A DNA stretch of 64,000 nt from an uncultured Clostridia bacterium (GTDB taxonomy: Bacteria > Bacillota > Clostridia > Oscillospirales > Acutalibacteraceae), in contig CALGGQ010000352.1 of assembly GCA_937915775.1 (NCBI GenBank), forward strand, positions 343-64,342, read 5' to 3'. The notes under the pieces are model-generated. The model was not told the DNA's origin. It searched no databases and was given only the letters and a program-made list of their open reading frames with translations. Positions 37,280-47,223 of the stretch are shown here, piece after piece. The first letter of the stretch is position 1. Each line of letters starts with the position of its first letter. Position numbers and translations under genes: made by a program.

Positions 37280-37462
37280 ATGGGAATTTTAACTAACAAA
37301 CTAATTTTAATTATTGGAATTGCTTTAATAGTCTGCTCAATAATTGCGGCAATTATCTATATTTTTATAATAAAGATAAGAAAGGTAAAACTAAACGCTC
37401 AATTTGATGCTGAGTATGGACAAGAGGATATTAAGCATAATGATAAAGATAGGAAAGAATAA
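37280..37462 (+). CDS. Small single-TM protein
   Basis: AAGGA RBS, 60 aa, hydrophobic helix; coupled to the kinase start. Confidence 0.7.
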   Translation: MGILTNKLILIIGIALIVCSIIAAIIYIFIIKIRKVKLNAQFDAEYGQEDIKHNDKDRKE

Positions 37463-40329
37463 TGTCAAAAGTAATAGCATCGACATATGAGATTATAGAG
37501 AAAATTGGTTCTGGTGGAGGAGGCAATGTATATCTCGCCACACATTTGCGGTTAGGGAAAAGAGTTGTCTTAAAAGCAGATAAAAGGAAAATCACCACCA
37601 AGCCTGAGCTCCTTCGCAGAGAAGTTGATATTCTAAAAGAACTTCATCACTCATATATACCCCAGGTTTACGATTTCTTTATTGAAGATGAAACGGTTTA
37701 TACCGTAATGGACTATATACAAGGCGAGAGTCTTGATAAACCGTTAAAACGGGGCGAAAAGTTTTCTCAACCACAAGTCATTAAATGGGCAAGACAGATA
37801 TTAGAAGCTCTTTGTTATTTACATGAACCTATTCACGGGGAGCCACCCAAAGGATATGTTCATAGTGACATTAAACCTGCGAATATAATGAGGACACCTT
37901 ACAATGACATTAGTTTAATCGACTTTAATATTGCATTGGCACTTGGGGAAGAAAATGTCATTGGGTGTAGTGCTGGCTATGCTTCACCCGAACACTATGG
38001 ATTAGATTATTCATCATTTAGTTCAAATACTGTCTCAATTGATGATAACGAAACCAAAACCCTAATTGAGGAAACAGTAACATTAACTCTTTCAAATTCT
38101 TCATCGAGTTCTAATAAGAGTCAAAAAAAAATATTACCTGATGTTCGTTCCGATATATACAGTCTGGGAGCAACGCTATACCACCTATTAAGTGGACATC
38201 GTCCCTCAAAAGATGCAAAAGAAGTAGTTCCACTTTCAAACACTGAGTTTAGTCCACAGCTTGTAAAGATTATTTCGAAAGCTATGGAACCCAATCCAGA
38301 TATGCGTTATCAGACTGCTGAAGAAATGTTATTTGATTTAACGCACCTGCGAGAAAACGACAAACGAACAATAACACTAAAGCAAAATAACAGAACATCT
38401 ACGATTATTATTACAACTTTTTTTGTAATTGGTCTTTTAACAAGTTTTGTTGGCCTACAAAGAATGCAAACTGAAGAAAAGTGGCTGAAACTATCTGAGT
38501 ATTCCCAAACGGCGTTATCTAATGGAGATACGATTGCTGCAATAAATTATGCACTTGAAGCATTACCGAATCGTACATCCATATTATCGCCAAATGTTTT
38601 ACCTGAAGCACAAAAGGCTTTAACAGATGCGGTCAGTATATATGATTTGAATGATGGATTTAAGCCATATAGACAATATGAATTGCCTAATAAACCTTTA
38701 GCTTTAAAGTTATCACCAGATGGAAATACCGCTGCCTGTATATATTCGGGTAATATCGTGTTAATCGATACAAATACTGCACAGGACATTATAACATTAC
38801 CCACGGATAAGTCGGCACTATCCGAAATTGAATATTTGGACAATAATGTAATTATCTATGCCGGCGTACAGGGCGTTACCTCATATGATATTGAGACTAA
38901 TCAGCAACTCTGGTGTGGAAACAAAGGAACAGCCATATCTATATCTGAAGATGGCAGTACTGTGGCAGCAATATATAAGGACGAAAGTAAAGCAACCATT
39001 TATAACGCTAAAACGGGTGTTATAAAGAAGGAAATATCCTTTGGAAATAAAAAGCAAAGCGTTACTGTGAACGATATTTTTGCCAATCCAAATGATAATT
39101 TATTTGAAATTAACGAAAATGGTAGCTTGCTGGGCGTAAGTTTTCAGGATGGATCTTTGATGGTTTATAATTTGCTATCCGCTAATAATGATATAGAACT
39201 GTTTGATAGCGCATCTGGATATACGCACTTTGAGGGTGGTTTTTATAAAGAATATTTTGCATTTTCCGGCACTAAGGAAAATAACTCGGTTTTTGCAGTT
39301 ATAGATACTAAAAGCAAATCTCAAACCGGAGGCTTCAACTCAAAAAACTATTTTGGAGTGACAACTGATAATAACGGGATATATGTTCAAACAGAGAATC
39401 TCTTAGTAAAAATTAATCCTGTAACCGGAGAACAGACACCTTTAATTACAACTCCAAATAATATTTCTCACTACTCTATAAGTGATAAAAGCGCTCTCGT
39501 TTCCAGTAGCCAAACAATTCAATTTTTCAATGAAAATGCAAAAGAGATAACAAATATAGAGGAAACGGAAAACATTGATTTTGTTCAATTATCTAACGGT
39601 GTTGCAATTATCGGAACATTAAACTCTCCAATATTAAAAATACTAAAATATAAGGATTTTGATAGTAGTAATGTGTTTGTGTATGATACATCAAATGATC
39701 ATGATGAGTTAAGAATAAGTGCAGACTACAAAACTGTCATGATGTTCTCATATAAACAATTCAAGATATTTGATATAAACGGTGAGTTAATAAACAAAAC
39801 CAATATTTCAAATTCTGAACAGGTTTATGATCAACAGTACATAAGGAAGAATAACGATTCATTCCTTGAGGTTACTTATAATAATGGAACGGTGATAACC
39901 TATGATGCAACAACCGGAAAGAAAATTGATGAACACAATATAGAAAAACCGGATTTGTCATTGTATGAAGAATTTATTACCGAGAATTATAAAATAGAAT
40001 CGCCACTGCATGGAGAACCAAAAATATATGACTTAAAATCAGGTGAGTTAATTAAAGAGTTGAGCGAAGACGGTTATTTGACATATGCAACGCAGGTTAA
40101 TAATCAGTTGATTCTTCAATTTCTTAGCGTTGATAATCAACAGTATGGCGTTATTTTGAACGAAAGATGCGAAAAAATAGCAAATCTTCCTTGTCTTTGT
40201 GATGTTTATAATGACGAACTGTACTTTGATTATCCTACGGGAAACATGCGAAAATCTCGCATTTATAATATAAATGAAATAAAAAATATTGCTCAGAAGA
40301 GTTTACAGGAGGAAAACGGCAATGAATAA
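37462..40329 (+). CDS. Membrane Hanks-type Ser/Thr kinase with extracellular beta-propeller-like domain
   Basis: GSGGGGNV, VLK, HSDIKPAN, DFN, SPE, DIYSLG; central TM; LSPDG/ISEDG-type repeats. Confidence 0.92.
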   Translation: MSKVIASTYEIIEKIGSGGGGNVYLATHLRLGKRVVLKADKRKITTKPELLRREVDILKELHHSYIPQVYDFFIEDETVYTVMDYIQGESLDKPLKRGEKFSQPQVIKWARQILEALCYLHEPIHGEPPKGYVHSDIKPANIMRTPYNDISLIDFNIALALGEENVIGCSAGYASPEHYGLDYSSFSSNTVSIDDNETKTLIEETVTLTLSNSSSSSNKSQKKILPDVRSDIYSLGATLYHLLSGHRPSKDAKEVVPLSNTEFSPQLVKIISKAMEPNPDMRYQTAEEMLFDLTHLRENDKRTITLKQNNRTSTIIITTFFVIGLLTSFVGLQRMQTEEKWLKLSEYSQTALSNGDTIAAINYALEALPNRTSILSPNVLPEAQKALTDAVSIYDLNDGFKPYRQYELPNKPLALKLSPDGNTAACIYSGNIVLIDTNTAQDIITLPTDKSALSEIEYLDNNVIIYAGVQGVTSYDIETNQQLWCGNKGTAISISEDGSTVAAIYKDESKATIYNAKTGVIKKEISFGNKKQSVTVNDIFANPNDNLFEINENGSLLGVSFQDGSLMVYNLLSANNDIELFDSASGYTHFEGGFYKEYFAFSGTKENNSVFAVIDTKSKSQTGGFNSKNYFGVTTDNNGIYVQTENLLVKINPVTGEQTPLITTPNNISHYSISDKSALVSSSQTIQFFNENAKEITNIEETENIDFVQLSNGVAIIGTLNSPILKILKYKDFDSSNVFVYDTSNDHDELRISADYKTVMMFSYKQFKIFDINGELINKTNISNSEQVYDQQYIRKNNDSFLEVTYNNGTVITYDATTGKKIDEHNIEKPDLSLYEEFITENYKIESPLHGEPKIYDLKSGELIKELSEDGYLTYATQVNNQLILQFLSVDNQQYGVILNERCEKIANLPCLCDVYNDELYFDYPTGNMRKSRIYNINEIKNIAQKSLQEENGNE

Positions 40330-43300
40330 AATTAAAAGAGTAATATCATTAATCTTAACAGTTGTTATGCTTATTTCAACTGTTCTGTCAACAAGCATAT
40401 TAGTACAAGCTTCAATGTTACCTTTAGAGGAAAAAGAAGTTTGCTTGTTACTAATTGACAAAACAAAAGAAGAATTAACTTCTCTACCAATTAAGGATGT
40501 TTTGAATAATTTTTTGGATTACTCAGGACAGTATGTTGCCGTGTCAAAAAATGCAACAACCGTATGGCAATATGTTAAATCCGATGAAGACGGCATAGAA
40601 GAATATAAACAGATAGACATTGCACGTAACGATAGGATTGACCTTTCTGCACCAGAAGATAATATTTCTGAATATACAAAAGAATTAATTATTGGTTCAG
40701 AAAACCAATTAGACAAAGAAAATATCCGTTACATAGTAAGAATATATTTATCTCAAACTCCAACCGAAGAAATAGAATATGAACTTTACGCTGAGAAAAG
40801 CAATGGGCAGCGAGATAAAGTTACGCCCGAAAGGGTCGAAAAGGGTATTAATACTCAACTTGGTTCTTCAGTTGCTGTCACACAATATGTTGTTTCTTCA
40901 CCTGACTCGGAGAGCACCTACTACTTAAATGTGAAATCGGAAGCTGATAAACATCCAAATATAACAACTGAAATTTATGACTTTTGGGATTATATTTTAT
41001 CAAGCTATACAGGAGGAACACCAACTAATCGAGCCGACACTACATTAAACCAAAACATGAAAAATTCTGGTACTGGAAGAGAAGTCACCTCTGGTGGAAC
41101 AAGTATGTTTATATTAATGTATCGAGATAAAAATGGCGATTTAGTAGGTTTGCCTTCATATATTGGATTCTCATTTGTAAAAGATGCCTCATATGTTAAA
41201 GGAAGCTTGTACAAAAAGAACGGCAGTCAATTCAACGATGTAATAATGCAAACCACTGATGCAATAACTTTTGACGATATCGATGCTGTTTTTGAGGGAC
41301 AAGGTGTACAGCAAATCTGTTTAATGCTTAAAGAGGGCTATAGCGTAGATGAAGATTATTACTGCGTTTTAGATTCGCATGGTGTGGATGAAGGTTGGGA
41401 AAATGCCAACACGCATGTTACAAAAGCGGTAGAAGGTCTTTATGATAGCCTCAATGATGCTTCTGGCTGTACTGATATAAAAGACCAGTTGATACCATCA
41501 GATTCAACATCCTCAAGTCGTGGTTATAAAGCAAATTATAATTATAGAAATCAAGGCGTTCCGTTTACAATATTTTTTGAAGATGGGGCAATCAGAAAAA
41601 TTATTGTTTTAGTGACCGAATATGTATCTGATTTTGATGAGAATTATGTGCGGAGTTTTACTGAGAAACCTATTATTGGAGCTGCAGACCCATGGCTTCG
41701 AGTTACAGGAGCATCAAGCACTTCGGGGAAAAAATATGATACCTATGTAGTTGAAAACGGTAAAAACATCAATATGGATACCTATTATGGCTATGGGTAC
41801 CAGACTATATTTATTAACGATTCCAACGCTGATCTTTCAAATATTAAACCAGAATTTTGGTACGCTAACACAGACAGAGTATATGCTGTTTCAAAGGATA
41901 CTGGTAAGAAAATAGACGAAAATCACACACGGGATTTTAGCAATGAAAATCAACAATACACGGGTATTATAACGGAAAACGAAAAAGAAAATGGTCGCAA
42001 CTATTGGATCACTTTCAAAAAACTCAACAATAAAGGACCGGAACTTTATGTTTATGGACCAAGAGAACGAGAAGTAATTCTTGATGAATATTTTGAATTT
42101 AAGCATGATATTTTAATTGCCAATATTGGTAATGCGCCTCTTGAGGATATAAGCGTTGAATTAAAAGATGCCGAGAATGTAAAGCTCGATCCGTATTGGA
42201 CTGTTGGAGACGATGGCAATAATACTCTTGCGGCATTTTCTACAACAAGCAAAACCACAAAATATGGCGAGTTGCCTAATCTCGCAAAAATCAGATTGCT
42301 TCCGGATGGAGATGGCGAGGTTAAAGGAACCCTAATTATTAGAGCGAAAAATCAAGAACCTGTAATGATTACGCTTAATGGTACAGCACAAAATCCAGAG
42401 ATTGTTACTGAAACGCTTAGTGAAGCTGTAAAATATGTTCCATATCAGCATATTGTAGCAACAAATAATATGCATGACTGGGTAGATACAGAATTTAGTA
42501 TTGTTAATGGTGCTTTGCCGGCTGGTGTAACTCTTAATAGCTCTACAGGTGAAATCTATGGTGTTCCTACTGAGCCTGAAGGAGATGTTGCCGAAACATA
42601 TACCTTTACTGTCGAAGCAAAATATTTGGTTGAGGGAGAAGAAGGTTACTTTAATCCATCACAAAAAGAGTTCACATTAACTGTGAAACCAAATACAGAT
42701 TCTAATGTTTACTTGGCTTCAGATAGCGATGAGGGATACTATATTCAGGAGCATATTGGTACAGAAACAACACAATATCACTATGAGTTGGATGAATTTA
42801 TCGATACGTTATTCGTTTCAAATGGTACATACGGCGAATTCCAGGGACTATGGTTGAATGGCGTTCTCCTTGTCGAAGGCGAAGATTACTCATCAGAAGA
42901 AGGTAGCACAAGGATAACTATCAACAGTCAGACTTTTGAAAATAAAGCAAAGCCAAATGAGACAAATACTATCGCTATGGAATTTAGGAATGATAGCAAT
43001 GAAGTTAATAGAACTTCGCAGAACTTTGTTCCTAAAAAGGATGTTTCTGTTCAAAATGTTATTAACAAAATTGCTGCATTACCATCTAACATTACTCTTG
43101 CAAATAAGAGCGAGGTACAGTCTGCAAGAAGCGCTTATAATGGACTGACATCATCTCAAAGGAGCAAGGTTACCAATTACAGCAAATTGACCGCTGCGGA
43201 AAGCAAAATTGCTCAATTAGAAGAAGCGGCAGCCAATCAAGCAGCAGCGGACAAGGTAATTTCTGCTATAAGTTCACTTCCTTCAACAATAACACTCAAT

Positions 43301-44836
43301 AACGAAGCGGCTATTAAAAGTGCGAGAAATGCTTACAATAGTTTAACCAGTACGCAAAAGGCATTAGTTACAAACTATGAAAGACTAACAAAAGCCGAAG
43401 CTGCTATTAAACAGCTAAAAGAGCAGCAAGCTCAAATTGAAGCTGATAAAAAAGAAGCTAACAAGGTGGTTGCATTGATTGATTCAATTCCTTCACCGAT
43501 AACTTTGGATGATAAAAGCAAGGTTAATGATGCGAGAAATGCTTATAATTTACTTACCGCTTCACAGAAGTCATATGTTCAGAACTACAGTAAGCTTACA
43601 GATGCAGAGAAAAAAATTGTCGAGTTAGAAAATGCTGAAAAAGAGCAAGCGCAGATTAATGCTGTAATAGCTGCTATAAATGCTATTCCGGATTCGCCGA
43701 CACTAAGTGATAAAGGAACCGTAACAGCGGCAAGGCAAGCATATAATGGCTTGACAGCTACACAAAAGAATAAAGTTGTAAACTATAAAATTTTAACTGA
43801 TGCAGAAAACACAATAGCTGCATTAGAAGCTCAAGAAAACGCTAATAAAGCGGACAAAGCAGCGGCACAGAAAGTTATTGATGCTATTGATGCTATTCCT
43901 GAACAGTTGAGTCTGTCGGATAAAGCAACCGTTGATAGTGCAAGAAAGGCATATGATAGTCTCACAGGCAATCAGAAAAATCTTGTATCAAATTATGGTG
44001 TTTTGACGGATGCAGAAGCAGCAATAAAAGCACTAGAAGACTATGAAAATGCTTCTAAGAAAGATAAAGAAGCAGCTGATGAAGTTATTAAATTGATTGA
44101 CTCTATTCCTAACAATATTCAGCTTTCTGATAAAGATACTGTTGAAAAAGCAAGGGATGCATATAATCAGTTAACCGATACGCAAAAAGGAATTGTAACT
44201 AATTATCCAGAGCTTGAAGCAGCAGAAGTTAAGATTGCTGAATTAGAAGCTGATAATTATGAAGAAGTTCAATCCATTACTTTCGTAGGAATCTTGGTTG
44301 ACAAAAACGGAAATTCTTTATCTGATAGGGTTGTTGAAATTCATTCAACCGTGCAAACCGGAAGAACTGATTCAAACGGAAGCTTCCAATTTAATGATTT
44401 AGAATTTGGTAAACATACAATTTATATTAAGAATGACAAAGGGGCTACAGTTGCTCAAAAAGTATTCAATGTTATTCTTGGTTCACCAACAGCGTTATCT
44501 GGAAATGACATTATTACCCAAAATGGTCAAACTGTTACTCTTACGGTAGAATTAGACGGAAGCAATTTAAACTTCATTCAACTTGAAGAAGGAAATAAGG
44601 CACCGGAAGTTACGCCTTCTGATGACAAACAGCAAGGCATCAATATTGGAGAAGACGATACTAAAATTTCTGATTCATCAGTGAACAAGGATAAAGATAT
44701 GATAAGTCCTAAGACAGGTAATGATTCTGGTATTGTATTTTGGATTACTGTTTTAATTGTATCTACATTTGGTTTCGTTTCTCTGTTGGCATATAACATT
44801 AATTTGAGCAAAAAAGGTAAGCGTATTACTAAATAA
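40322..44836 (+). CDS. Large sortase-anchored surface protein (Ig-like domain, six helical repeats, SPKTG)
   Basis: Signal peptide; GALPAGVTLNSSTGEIYGVPT Ig-like motif; six repeats; SPKTG + TM + basic tail. Confidence 0.9.
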   Translation: MNKIKRVISLILTVVMLISTVLSTSILVQASMLPLEEKEVCLLLIDKTKEELTSLPIKDVLNNFLDYSGQYVAVSKNATTVWQYVKSDEDGIEEYKQIDIARNDRIDLSAPEDNISEYTKELIIGSENQLDKENIRYIVRIYLSQTPTEEIEYELYAEKSNGQRDKVTPERVEKGINTQLGSSVAVTQYVVSSPDSESTYYLNVKSEADKHPNITTEIYDFWDYILSSYTGGTPTNRADTTLNQNMKNSGTGREVTSGGTSMFILMYRDKNGDLVGLPSYIGFSFVKDASYVKGSLYKKNGSQFNDVIMQTTDAITFDDIDAVFEGQGVQQICLMLKEGYSVDEDYYCVLDSHGVDEGWENANTHVTKAVEGLYDSLNDASGCTDIKDQLIPSDSTSSSRGYKANYNYRNQGVPFTIFFEDGAIRKIIVLVTEYVSDFDENYVRSFTEKPIIGAADPWLRVTGASSTSGKKYDTYVVENGKNINMDTYYGYGYQTIFINDSNADLSNIKPEFWYANTDRVYAVSKDTGKKIDENHTRDFSNENQQYTGIITENEKENGRNYWITFKKLNNKGPELYVYGPREREVILDEYFEFKHDILIANIGNAPLEDISVELKDAENVKLDPYWTVGDDGNNTLAAFSTTSKTTKYGELPNLAKIRLLPDGDGEVKGTLIIRAKNQEPVMITLNGTAQNPEIVTETLSEAVKYVPYQHIVATNNMHDWVDTEFSIVNGALPAGVTLNSSTGEIYGVPTEPEGDVAETYTFTVEAKYLVEGEEGYFNPSQKEFTLTVKPNTDSNVYLASDSDEGYYIQEHIGTETTQYHYELDEFIDTLFVSNGTYGEFQGLWLNGVLLVEGEDYSSEEGSTRITINSQTFENKAKPNETNTIAMEFRNDSNEVNRTSQNFVPKKDVSVQNVINKIAALPSNITLANKSEVQSARSAYNGLTSSQRSKVTNYSKLTAAESKIAQLEEAAANQAAADKVISAISSLPSTITLNNEAAIKSARNAYNSLTSTQKALVTNYERLTKAEAAIKQLKEQQAQIEADKKEANKVVALIDSIPSPITLDDKSKVNDARNAYNLLTASQKSYVQNYSKLTDAEKKIVELENAEKEQAQINAVIAAINAIPDSPTLSDKGTVTAARQAYNGLTATQKNKVVNYKILTDAENTIAALEAQENANKADKAAAQKVIDAIDAIPEQLSLSDKATVDSARKAYDSLTGNQKNLVSNYGVLTDAEAAIKALEDYENASKKDKEAADEVIKLIDSIPNNIQLSDKDTVEKARDAYNQLTDTQKGIVTNYPELEAAEVKIAELEADNYEEVQSITFVGILVDKNGNSLSDRVVEIHSTVQTGRTDSNGSFQFNDLEFGKHTIYIKNDKGATVAQKVFNVILGSPTALSGNDIITQNGQTVTLTVELDGSNLNFIQLEEGNKAPEVTPSDDKQQGINIGEDDTKISDSSVNKDKDMISPKTGNDSGIVFWITVLIVSTFGFVSLLAYNINLSKKGKRITK
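43049..44251 (+). repeat. Six diverged ~60-69 aa coding repeats
   Basis: V+..I..+P....L.+K..V..AR.AY..LT..Q+..V.NY..L..AE..I..L repeated six times. Confidence 0.9.
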
Positions 44837-44863
44837 CTTTTTCACTAGTGTTTAAAACACAAA

Positions 44864-44915
44864 CACACTTCATTTCCCTTTCGCACTATTCGTGCGAAAG
44901 GGAGAAAGTTGTGTG
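44864..44915 (+). other. Intergenic stem-loop within the T7SS operon
   Basis: tccctttcgcac tattc gtgcgaaaggga, extendable with cacac/gtgtg; no U-tract. Confidence 0.65.
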
Positions 44916-44938
44916 CAAATATAATAACATAGCAAAAG

Positions 44939-45868
44939 GTGGATGCTTTAATGATAAGTTCACGGAGAAATGATTTATTTACCGAGTTGATGTATGAAAA
45001 AAACCCTGCCTACATTTTAAAAAATGAGACGAATTTTTTAAGTACCGATTACAAAATATCACAAAATCAGTCAGACGATTTATTTGTGAAATGTGAGAAA
45101 GTAATCTTTAATGGCAATATTCAGCTATTTTATTTTATTGAAAACAAAGTTTCACTCTGCGAAAGCATCGAAAAATTCTCTGTTGGCGAAATCATATCAG
45201 TTGTATCCAGTTTGATTTCACAAATTAAGAAGGTCAAAGAAAATGGATTTCTTTCTTGTCAAAACATAGATATATCCCCTAATCGACTGTTTATAGAACC
45301 TTCAACTAAAAGTATTAAATTGTTATATCTTCCACTTAAAGATAGGCTCTTTAATAGCTCGAATGAATTTGAGGATGAACTCAGAGCAATGCTACTTGAG
45401 ATTTTTGAAAACACAGCCATTCAAAATGAGCCACAAATACATCATTTAATTGCGAATTTAAAAAACTACTCATGTTCAATCAATGATATATTAAATAACA
45501 TCATAGCAGAATCGCCCATAAAAAACACTCTAAAGAATCGTATTGAACCTGCTCAGAAGATAACACCTAAATTGCAGTTGGTCGCACTAAATACTCCTGT
45601 AAATTTTTCAATTACCGTCAATAAACCTGAATTTATTATTGGTCGTAAACAAGAGGTTGTTGATGGATATATTTCATTCAACAGAATGATAGGAAGGATT
45701 CATTGTAAGATTATCACTCAAGACAACCAGTTTGCGGTAATTGATTTAGAAAGTGCCAATGGAACTTATTTGAACAACATAAGATTGCAAGCAAACAAAA
45801 TTAGTTCGCTTAAAGATGGAGACATTTTAAAATTGGCAAATAGTGAATTTAAGGTTTCAATAGGTTAG
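44939..45868 (+). CDS. Second FHA-domain protein (DUF6382-like N-terminus)
   Basis: FIIGR...IGRIHC...DLESANGTYLN. Confidence 0.88.
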   Translation: MDALMISSRRNDLFTELMYEKNPAYILKNETNFLSTDYKISQNQSDDLFVKCEKVIFNGNIQLFYFIENKVSLCESIEKFSVGEIISVVSSLISQIKKVKENGFLSCQNIDISPNRLFIEPSTKSIKLLYLPLKDRLFNSSNEFEDELRAMLLEIFENTAIQNEPQIHHLIANLKNYSCSINDILNNIIAESPIKNTLKNRIEPAQKITPKLQLVALNTPVNFSITVNKPEFIIGRKQEVVDGYISFNRMIGRIHCKIITQDNQFAVIDLESANGTYLNNIRLQANKISSLKDGDILKLANSEFKVSIG

Positions 45869-45878
45869 GTATTGAAAA

Positions 45879-46949
45879 ATGAATAAATTGAGAATTCTCA
45901 TCGCTGAGAGCGATATTAACTATATAATTCCATTACAGAATAAATTTATAAAAGAATACTTTAATTCGATTGAATTGGAGATAATTACCGAGAAAGACTA
46001 TTTCTATTCCAAATTTTCCATTCCGCAACAAATCGATATAGCGATAATTTCTGAAGAGTTTTTTAATCAAACAATATTAATCCATAATATTGGAAAAATT
46101 ATTATTCTTACAGAAACCAATATATCCAATAAATACGCAGGCCAAAATATCACAACAATATACAAATACACTAACATCAAGGAGATTTTTAATTCTATCA
46201 ATGGCGTATTTTCATCTAACATAATAAATCAGAAAACAAAAACTAAAGATGCTAAAATAATCACAATTACATCGGCTATTGGTGGTTGTGGCAAAACTCT
46301 ATTATCAATGGCGATTTGCAGTTATTTGAACAATAATTATAAAAGAGTATTATTTATCGGAGCCGAAAGATTACAGACGTTTCAATCAAGACTGACCGAT
46401 AAAAGTCCTATCATTTCTAATGCTTTTTACGCAATGTTATTGCAAAGTGATGTTGATAAGACGTCTATTTACAATGCAATTAAAAAAAATCTCCGTAATG
46501 AAGGATTTAGTTATATTCCGCCATTTAAAGCAGGTTTAATGTCTTTAGAAATGGAATATTCTATATTTATAGATATTGCACTTCAAGCAAAGCAATCTAA
46601 GGATTTCGACTTTATAATAATAGATACTGATCATATTTTTGATATCAACAAGGTGCAATTGATAGATGCTGCAGATAAGGTTGTCATTGTTACAAAGCAG
46701 GATGCCAACTCTGTTTTTGCTACTAATGTATTTGCAACAAATATAGATGGTGGAGCAAATAATGATAAATTCATTTATGTTTGTAACAATTATGATTCTA
46801 GTAGAGATAATGCGATTGCAAACTCACAAAAAAGCAATAAATTTACTGTTAATGATTATATTAAAAGTTTTTCCACAGATGAACAAATGGAAATAAGTAA
46901 TATTATAAACAGCAAGGATATTCAAAAGTTGGCTTTTTCCTTAATTTAG
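45879..46949 (+). CDS. Receiver-like plus ParA/MinD-type ATPase (CpaE/TadZ-like)
   Basis: KLRILIAESD N-terminus; SAIGGCGKT P-loop; DFIIIDT. Confidence 0.75.
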   Translation: MNKLRILIAESDINYIIPLQNKFIKEYFNSIELEIITEKDYFYSKFSIPQQIDIAIISEEFFNQTILIHNIGKIIILTETNISNKYAGQNITTIYKYTNIKEIFNSINGVFSSNIINQKTKTKDAKIITITSAIGGCGKTLLSMAICSYLNNNYKRVLFIGAERLQTFQSRLTDKSPIISNAFYAMLLQSDVDKTSIYNAIKKNLRNEGFSYIPPFKAGLMSLEMEYSIFIDIALQAKQSKDFDFIIIDTDHIFDINKVQLIDAADKVVIVTKQDANSVFATNVFATNIDGGANNDKFIYVCNNYDSSRDNAIANSQKSNKFTVNDYIKSFSTDEQMEISNIINSKDIQKLAFSLI

Positions 46950-46959
46950 AGAGGTTAGT

Positions 46960-47214
46960 ATGAGAAGAAATAAGGTAATAGTTATATTCAATAATTATAA
47001 AACAGGACAAAGCTCTGATATAGAAATCCCTATAGATATAACAGCCAATGAATTAGTGAGCGGTTTAAATTCTGCCTATGATCTTGGTATTGATACTACA
47101 AATATAAAAGAATGCTATTTAAAAGCTGAAAATCCAATTGCACTTCTAAGAGGTAATAAAACATTAGACGAATTTGGTATAAGAGATGGTAGTATTATAA
47201 ATTTCACTGCATAG
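46960..47214 (+). CDS. EsaB/YukD ubiquitin-like T7SS protein
   Basis: DIEIPIDITANEL...KTLDEFGIRDGSII; immediately before essC. Confidence 0.85.
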   Translation: MRRNKVIVIFNNYKTGQSSDIEIPIDITANELVSGLNSAYDLGIDTTNIKECYLKAENPIALLRGNKTLDEFGIRDGSIINFTA

Positions 47215-47223
47215 GAGTTCATA

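Noticed and set aside
43049..44251. Diversity-generating or shufflon-type repeats in the adhesin
   Set aside because: Repeats are in-frame, diverged at all codon positions, and lack recombination sites or an RT
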